Origin: Myxococcales bacterium
Lineage (GTDB): Bacteria > Myxococcota_A > Polyangia > Polyangiales > Polyangiaceae
DNA length: 64,000 nucleotides
Direction: 5' to 3'
NCBI GenBank assembly: GCA_043747615.1
Contig: JAYTOU010000040.1
Span: 10,541-74,540 of the forward strand
Of the stretch, positions 58,247-64,000 are shown piece after piece; within the stretch, counting starts at the first letter, position 1, and every line of letters starts with the position of its first letter. The notes below the pieces were generated by a model. That model was not told where the DNA came from, ran no database searches, and saw only the letters and a list, made by a program, of their open reading frames with translations. Position numbers and translations under genes: made by a program.

Positions 58247-60061
58247 ATGGACGGAAGCAAGGCGCGAAAACTTCAGAGAGGGACGCTCTTCGGCGCGTTC
58301 GCTTTGGCTCTGTTGCATGCTGGAAACGCTCAGGCCGAAGGGCCGCGCATCCACGTCCATGGAGCCGCGAGGATTGAAGCCACCGGCCGCCGCATGAGCG
58401 TGGCGGGGGGAGCGCTTCCGATCGCGCTCGTACTCAGCGGGTCGTTGAGAGACGACGCCGGCCAGCCGCTGAGCAACCAAGCCGTGTCGATCAAGCTCTC
58501 ACGCGGAGCGAGCTCGCAAGCGGTTCGCTTCGCGGCAGACACTCCGAACGGCGGACACCCAAGCGAACTGCCGAGCGCCGCACGATGCGCGATCACCGAT
58601 CCTGCCGTGCAGGTCGACGGCGAGGAAACGATCGTCGCCAGCGTCGCTGAGTCTGGCCGATTTTCCGTATGCCTCGGGCTCCCGGTCGATCGATACGTGG
58701 TGCACCTCTCGTCGCCTCCCTCGGCGCTCATCGATGGGGCCGCGCTCGATCTCTCGGTCGATCTCGGGCGACACTCGCTCGCTCTCCGGTTCGACGGCGA
58801 GCCTCGGGTCTTGTCACTCGAGCGCGATGTGATCACCCTCGACGCCGTCGCCTCCATCGATGAAGACGGCGCGGTCTCGGGTGCTCAGAATTTGCTTCTC
58901 TCTGTCAGCGATGAGCGCGGAGCATCGCTCGGCAGTGCGCGCACGAACAGCTCTGGCTACGCGCGATTCAGCCTCGATCCGCAGAAGCTTGGTCCGCCTG
59001 GCGCGGGAGAGCTTCGCGTGGTGTTCACCGGAGACGCCGACATCAGCGGCGCGCTCTACGCCGCGCAGGTCGAACGACACACCAAGGTGACGCTTCGCGC
59101 CGACGGCCCTTTGACGGGCGGCTCGTCCGAGGACGGCATTGCCATCGAGATCGTCACGGAGGTGCGCGGAGGATTCCCTCCGGGCGGGACTGTCGAAGCA
59201 CGTCTCGCCGGCGAGATCGTGGGAGCGGCGCCGGTCGAGAATGGCCGCGCGCACGTCGTCGCTACGTTCGTGAGCCCCATCTCTGAATTCGATCACGGAA
59301 ACAAGGGCCTCTCCGCGCCGCTCACGTTTCGCTATTTGCCCGATGCCCCTTGGTACGAAGCGGGCCAGCCCGTCACCCTGGAAATTCCGCTGCGCGGACC
59401 GAGTCCATGGCGGCAACTTCCGGTGCTGATCGGCGGGATCGGCGTCGGCGTCTGGCTGGTGCTCGGACGGATCCGCCAACGGAAAAAAGCGCTGGCCGTT
59501 GTTCCCCGCCCACCCGTCGAGAGTCGCGTCCCAAGGCCGCGCGTCGACGTGGTTCGCGAAGCCAGCGATCCCGGTGCAGGGTGGACGGGGCGCGTGCTCG
59601 ATGCGCACGACGCGACGCCGATCGTCCAGGCGCGCGTGGTCCTCGAGCACGCTGGGTTTGGGAAAAGCGAGGTCGTCGCGAGCACGCTCACCGACGCGGA
59701 GGGTCGCTTCGTCCTCGCGCGTGCCCCGTTGAAAGGCGTCGAGTGGCTTGCGGTCGAGGCGTTGTTGCACGTGACCCTGCGCAAGCCTGCTCCCCCCTCG
59801 GGAGAGGTGGAGATCGCGATCGTTTCGCGGAGGCGCGCCCTCCTCGATGGCCTCGTGGACTGGGCTAAAGCGCGAGGAAAGCCCTTCGACGTTCGCCCCG
59901 AGCCGACGCCGGCGCACGTCCGCCGCGTCGCCGGTGACGACGTCCACACCGCACGGTGGGCATCCGCAGTGGAGCGCGCGGCCTTCAGCGGCGTCGAGGT
60001 GGACGCCCGATTGGAATCCGAAATCGACGAGCTCAAGGACGGCGACGGAGAAAAGCCGTGA
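58247..60061 (+). CDS. Hypothetical membrane protein with Ig-like / carboxypeptidase-regulatory-like domains
   Basis: Signal-like N-terminus, beta-rich region, TM, GRVLDAHDATPIVQARV..TDAEGRF. Confidence 0.65.
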   Translation: MDGSKARKLQRGTLFGAFALALLHAGNAQAEGPRIHVHGAARIEATGRRMSVAGGALPIALVLSGSLRDDAGQPLSNQAVSIKLSRGASSQAVRFAADTPNGGHPSELPSAARCAITDPAVQVDGEETIVASVAESGRFSVCLGLPVDRYVVHLSSPPSALIDGAALDLSVDLGRHSLALRFDGEPRVLSLERDVITLDAVASIDEDGAVSGAQNLLLSVSDERGASLGSARTNSSGYARFSLDPQKLGPPGAGELRVVFTGDADISGALYAAQVERHTKVTLRADGPLTGGSSEDGIAIEIVTEVRGGFPPGGTVEARLAGEIVGAAPVENGRAHVVATFVSPISEFDHGNKGLSAPLTFRYLPDAPWYEAGQPVTLEIPLRGPSPWRQLPVLIGGIGVGVWLVLGRIRQRKKALAVVPRPPVESRVPRPRVDVVREASDPGAGWTGRVLDAHDATPIVQARVVLEHAGFGKSEVVASTLTDAEGRFVLARAPLKGVEWLAVEALLHVTLRKPAPPSGEVEIAIVSRRRALLDGLVDWAKARGKPFDVRPEPTPAHVRRVAGDDVHTARWASAVERAAFSGVEVDARLESEIDELKDGDGEKP

Positions 60062-60091
60062 TTGACGGCGTGCGGGGCGCCTTCCTATAGT
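60062..60091 (+). promoter_or_regulatory. Sigma70-type promoter of ftsY
   Basis: TTGACG-N18-TATAGT. Confidence 0.55.
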
Positions 60092-60140
60092 TCGGGCCCG
60101 TGCGCACCTCCGCGTGAGCGAACCCCCAAGAAAGCGAACG

Positions 60141-61337
60141 ATGGATTCTTCCGTGTGGATCATCTTGGCGATCGTCGCCGTCGTCGCCGTCGCCGCCTTC
60201 GTCTTCCTTCGCGGAAAGGGCGCACCCGAAGCGCTCCCCGCCAAGAAGGAGCCCGGGAAAGAGAAAGCGAAGGAACAAGCCGCCGAGCCCAAGGCCGCGG
60301 TCCCCTCGCCGCGTCGCCCCGAGGCTGCAGCTCCGTCGGCTGGCGTTTCGCAAGACGCCGTCGTCGTCACCAAGCCGCAGCCGAGCCAGCGCACGCCGAG
60401 CAAGAAAGACGTCGCTGGCCTGCGAAAAGGGCTCGCCGCCACGCGCGGAGGGTTCATCGCCCGCCTGACCGCGCTCTTCACGAACAAGAAGGACATCGAT
60501 CCGGCCATACTTGAGCAGATGGAAGAAGTGATGCTCTCGAGCGATGTCGGCGTGAAAACGACGCAGGCCATCCTTGCCCGCTTGCGGGAAAGCCTCGAGA
60601 GGAACGAGCTCGCCGATGCCGACGCCGTCTGGGCTGCGCTCCGCAGCGAGGCAACGCGCATTCTCACCGTCGAGGGCGGACCGATTCGCTTTTCGTCCAA
60701 GCCGACCGTGGTCTTGATGGTCGGAGTGAATGGCGTGGGAAAGACGACGACCATCGGCAAGCTGGCGACGAAGTACAAAGCCGCAAACAAGAAAGTCATG
60801 CTCGCGGCAGGCGACACCTTCCGCGCGGCAGCCGTGCAGCAGCTCGAAGTGTGGGGCAAGCGCGTCGAGGCCGAGGTCGTGCGCGGAAAAGACGGGGCCG
60901 ACCCGGGGTCTGTCGCGTTCGACGCAACGAACAAAGCCAAAGAAGCGGGAGCCGACGTCCTCTTCGTCGACACCGCCGGTCGCCTTCACACGAAGTCACC
61001 GCTGATGGACGAGATCAAGAAAGTGCGAAAGACGATAGCCAAGGCCATGGAAGGCGCGCCTCACGAGACGCTCCTCGTTCTCGATGCAACCACCGGCCAG
61101 AACGCGCTCACCCAGGCGGCGATGTTCAAAGAGGCTCTCGACCTGACGGGGATCGTCCTCACGAAGCTCGATGGAACCGCAAAGGGCGGTATCGTGCTTG
61201 GCATCTGTGACGAGCTCAAAGTCCCGGTTCGCTACATTGGCCTCGGCGAACGAGCAGAAGATCTTCGTGAGTTTCAGGTAGAAGAGTTTGTCGAAGCTCT
61301 GTTCGGCAAAAGCGACGACGAAGCGGCTGCGGCGTAG
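60141..61337 (+). CDS. ftsY: SRP receptor FtsY
   Basis: GVNGVGKTTTIGKLA, DTFRAAA, DTAGR, TKLDGTAKGG. Confidence 0.97.
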   Translation: MDSSVWIILAIVAVVAVAAFVFLRGKGAPEALPAKKEPGKEKAKEQAAEPKAAVPSPRRPEAAAPSAGVSQDAVVVTKPQPSQRTPSKKDVAGLRKGLAATRGGFIARLTALFTNKKDIDPAILEQMEEVMLSSDVGVKTTQAILARLRESLERNELADADAVWAALRSEATRILTVEGGPIRFSSKPTVVLMVGVNGVGKTTTIGKLATKYKAANKKVMLAAGDTFRAAAVQQLEVWGKRVEAEVVRGKDGADPGSVAFDATNKAKEAGADVLFVDTAGRLHTKSPLMDEIKKVRKTIAKAMEGAPHETLLVLDATTGQNALTQAAMFKEALDLTGIVLTKLDGTAKGGIVLGICDELKVPVRYIGLGERAEDLREFQVEEFVEALFGKSDDEAAAA

Positions 61338-61549
61338 CGGAGCGAGAAGAAAACAAACTAGGCGTGCTGCATTCATTCTCGTTGCTTGGCTGAACTTGGA
61401 CATGGTAGAGTCCGCTCGCTTTTGCCGTACGCCTATTTCCCCAATTTTTCTGCATAGTTAGAGAACAGTTACCGGATTTTTACGTGTACGCTGTTGACCC
61501 GTCTCAGAGGCTTGGGGGCTGCAAGGCAGTGGATGCGGAAGGGGTAGCG

Positions 61550-62575
61550 ATGAAGCAGGCTCGGCCCGTAGCCTCACGGCTCACGGGGAAAATACTTCTC
61601 CTCTCGGCGGCGCTTTTGCTCCTGCCTTCGACTGCGTTCGCGCAGAAGAAGGGCGGCGCAAAGCCCAAAACTCCGGCTGCCGCACCAGCGGCTGGAACCG
61701 AGATCGATCTGGACTCACCGGCGCCCGCGGCCCCCGCAGGGGGAACGCAGGAGCTCGATGCGCCCGCAAATGGACAGGCGGGCGGTACCGCGCCCACGAC
61801 TGCGCCGCCTGCAGGCGGAGGCGAAGGCGGAGGGATCTGCGACATCGATCCTTCGGCTTGCCCGAAGGCGTCGGACATCAAGGCCGCCGCCGGGAAGGAG
61901 GTCAACGCAGAGATCTATGCCGTTCAGCAGATCTACGCGCTCCGCTACCACCGCATCGAGATAAACCCGTACTGGATGTTCACGCTGAACGATCAGTTCG
62001 TCAGCCATCCGGGACCAGGCATCGCGATCAACTATTACATCTCGAACGTCCTCGCGGTCGGCGTGAACGGGAACCTCTACACGGGGCTCAACGGCGACTC
62101 GGACTTCAACTTCCAGAACCGCCGCGCGACCCGCGTCGCTGTTCCGCTCAACGAGTACCAGTGGGGCGCGAACCTAAACTTCACGTACGTGCCCGTGTAC
62201 GGGAAATTCGCCGGGTTCGGCGATTTCATCTTCCACTACGACGCGTACGTCGTCGGCGGCGTCGGCGCGCTTTCGACGCGTCCCATCGCGGTCATCGACC
62301 CGGACAACCGCTCGTTCGCTTACTCGCCGAAGCTCGCGTTCAACGCCGGCATCGGTCTGCGCATCTTCTTGAATCGCTGGTTCGCCGCGAACCTCGAAGT
62401 GCGCGACTATATCTACAACGAGAAGCTCGAGTCGCTCTCGACCGGTAAAACGCAGGCCGCTCAGCAAGACAAGGCCACCTGGTTCGGCGACAACAAAATC
62501 ACCAACAACGTTCAAGCCCAGATCGGAGTGAGCATTTTCATTCCGTTTAGCTGGGAGTACCGGTTGCCCAAATGA
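61550..62575 (+). CDS. Myxobacterial outer-membrane beta-barrel protein, GltA/GltB-like
   Basis: Signal peptide; AVQQ..R.E....TLNDQF; PVYGKFA; amphipathic strands; GVSIFIP. Confidence 0.75.
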   Translation: MKQARPVASRLTGKILLLSAALLLLPSTAFAQKKGGAKPKTPAAAPAAGTEIDLDSPAPAAPAGGTQELDAPANGQAGGTAPTTAPPAGGGEGGGICDIDPSACPKASDIKAAAGKEVNAEIYAVQQIYALRYHRIEINPYWMFTLNDQFVSHPGPGIAINYYISNVLAVGVNGNLYTGLNGDSDFNFQNRRATRVAVPLNEYQWGANLNFTYVPVYGKFAGFGDFIFHYDAYVVGGVGALSTRPIAVIDPDNRSFAYSPKLAFNAGIGLRIFLNRWFAANLEVRDYIYNEKLESLSTGKTQAAQQDKATWFGDNKITNNVQAQIGVSIFIPFSWEYRLPK

Positions 62576-62586
62576 GGAGCCTACGT

Positions 62587-63465
62587 ATGAAACTCTTCAA
62601 CGCGCTCAAGCGCCGCGCGGGCTTCACGCTCCTCTCGGCGGCAACGCTCTCGCTCGGGCTGCTCGCAGCGCCGACGAACGCGCAGGCGCAAGAGATTCAG
62701 CTCACTGGACCGCTCGCAGGAGCGCCCGCCGTTCGCAAGCTTCGTCAGTATCGCGAGGGTCGCTTCGAAGTCGCTCCGACGGCATCCTTCACGCTCCTCG
62801 ACGAGTACCGGCGGACCATTCTCTTCGGTGGGCGCCTGCAGTACAACTTGAAGGAGTGGATCGGCTTCGGCGTCTGGGGCGGATACGGAGCCATCAACAG
62901 CACCACCGACCTCACCGATCAGATCGATCAAGAAGCCCTCCGTAACGCGCGCACCGCGGCCAACGTCGGGCCGAACAAAGGCGCGGGCAACAACAGCTTC
63001 ATCGATCAGACCGCGAAGATTCAGTGGGTGGCGGCGCCGCAATTCACGTTCACGCCGTTCCGCGGCAAGCTCGCCATCTTCCAGAAAATCTTCGTCGACA
63101 CCGACGCGTACTTGCACGGCGGCCTCGCGTTCATCGGTCTTCAGGAACGCGGAAACTGCGGCGACGCAATGCAGACGTCCTGCACGGATCCGAAGTCGTT
63201 TGCGCTCGTGTCGCGCACGGCGATCGCGCCCACGTTCGGCCTCGGTCTCAACTTCTACCTCACGGACATGATCTCGCTCGGTCTCGACTACCGCGCGCTT
63301 CCCTTCTCTTGGAATCGCGCCGGCTTCGATTCACGCGGCGGCGGGAACAACGCCAAGTTCCCGGACCAGAAGGTCGACTCGCAAGATCAAACCTTCAAGT
63401 TCAATCAGCTGATCACCATCGCGGTCGGCTTCTCGCTACCGTCACATCCCCACGTCAGCGAGTAG
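62587..63465 (+). CDS. Second outer-membrane beta-barrel protein, GltA/GltB-like
   Basis: Signal peptide; GRFEVAPTASFTLLDEY; PFRGKLAIF; GAGGAG upstream of the ATG. Confidence 0.75.
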   Translation: MKLFNALKRRAGFTLLSAATLSLGLLAAPTNAQAQEIQLTGPLAGAPAVRKLRQYREGRFEVAPTASFTLLDEYRRTILFGGRLQYNLKEWIGFGVWGGYGAINSTTDLTDQIDQEALRNARTAANVGPNKGAGNNSFIDQTAKIQWVAAPQFTFTPFRGKLAIFQKIFVDTDAYLHGGLAFIGLQERGNCGDAMQTSCTDPKSFALVSRTAIAPTFGLGLNFYLTDMISLGLDYRALPFSWNRAGFDSRGGGNNAKFPDQKVDSQDQTFKFNQLITIAVGFSLPSHPHVSE

Positions 63466-63506
63466 TCGACCAACGGAGACCATGCCCCGTGTGAGTCTTA
63501 CGCGGG

Positions 63507-64000
63507 CTAGTCCGAGCGTTTGCGGAGCTTGCCTTCCCCGTCGACGGTGTAGCCCGGGGGCAAAACTTTGCGCGTGGCCTCGCGCTGATCTTCGGGGACG
63601 ACCCAGCCTCGGGTGAGGAAGCCTTCTGCGATCTTGTTCTTCACGCGGATGCTTTCTTCTTCGCCGAGTGCATGAAGCAACGGTAAAGTGGCCTCGGGAT
63701 CGTCCTGGGCGAACGTCGTTGCAGCCGCGTGGAAGCGCGCGGTCTCGTTAACGTCTTCGAGAAACGGTTCGACGGCCGCGCGAATCAGCGGGTTCTTGTG
63801 ATCCTCGAGGGCCACGAGAAGTTGAATCTTCGGATCGACGAACTTCGCGTACTCGGTGTCCCATTTGTCGAGCCAGCTCACGAGCTCTTCGACGTAGACG
63901 CCTTCTTCGAGCAGCTCCGTCAGGATCTTCATCGGCCAGGCCAGGCTCGCGGCTTTCACCGCGTAGGCCCGCACCGGCTCGACCGCGTCCTGACCGGCCG
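63507..64000 (-). CDS. HEAT-repeat-like protein, 5'-truncated by the window edge
   Basis: Frame is open to the window end (…AGQDAVEPVRAY…); FLEDVNETARFHAA, EESIRVK. Confidence 0.7.
   Translation of the reverse strand, partial: AGQDAVEPVRAYAVKAASLAWPMKILTELLEEGVYVEELVSWLDKWDTEYAKFVDPKIQLLVALEDHKNPLIRAAVEPFLEDVNETARFHAAATTFAQDDPEATLPLLHALGEEESIRVKNKIAEGFLTRGWVVPEDQREATRKVLPPGYTVDGEGKLRKRSD

Overview
High-GC window. The gene content points to a myxobacterium, probably Polyangia/Sorangiineae-like (inference). Left end (1-11357): an element integrated at the 3' end of an initiator tRNA-Met gene, encoding a tyrosine integrase, an excisionase-like HTH, a CHC2/TOPRIM primase and a DUF3987/YfjI-like NTPase. 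Its cargo is a frameshifted orphan gene and a type III restriction-modification pair; res runs off the window and is missing from the ORF track. No capsid, transfer or repressor gene and no second att copy are visible. Middle (11.8-32.4 kb): core genes (hemD, hemB, ppa, ribE-ribB(X)-ribH-nusB, Nudix hydrolase, peptidoglycan amidase), several uncharacterised lipoproteins, a CesT-like / Pro-rich-NPF / TPR-PEGA trio and an FHA-sigma54 activator. Right (32.5-64 kb): a Glt-type gliding-motility supercluster (gltC-D-E-F-G, a TPR lipoprotein, an 11.5-kb gltI/agmK-like gene, a divergent gltK/cglC-like gene, and two GltA/B-like beta-barrels beyond ftsY). No CRISPR array or rRNA was seen. All family calls come from motifs recognised by eye, not database searches.
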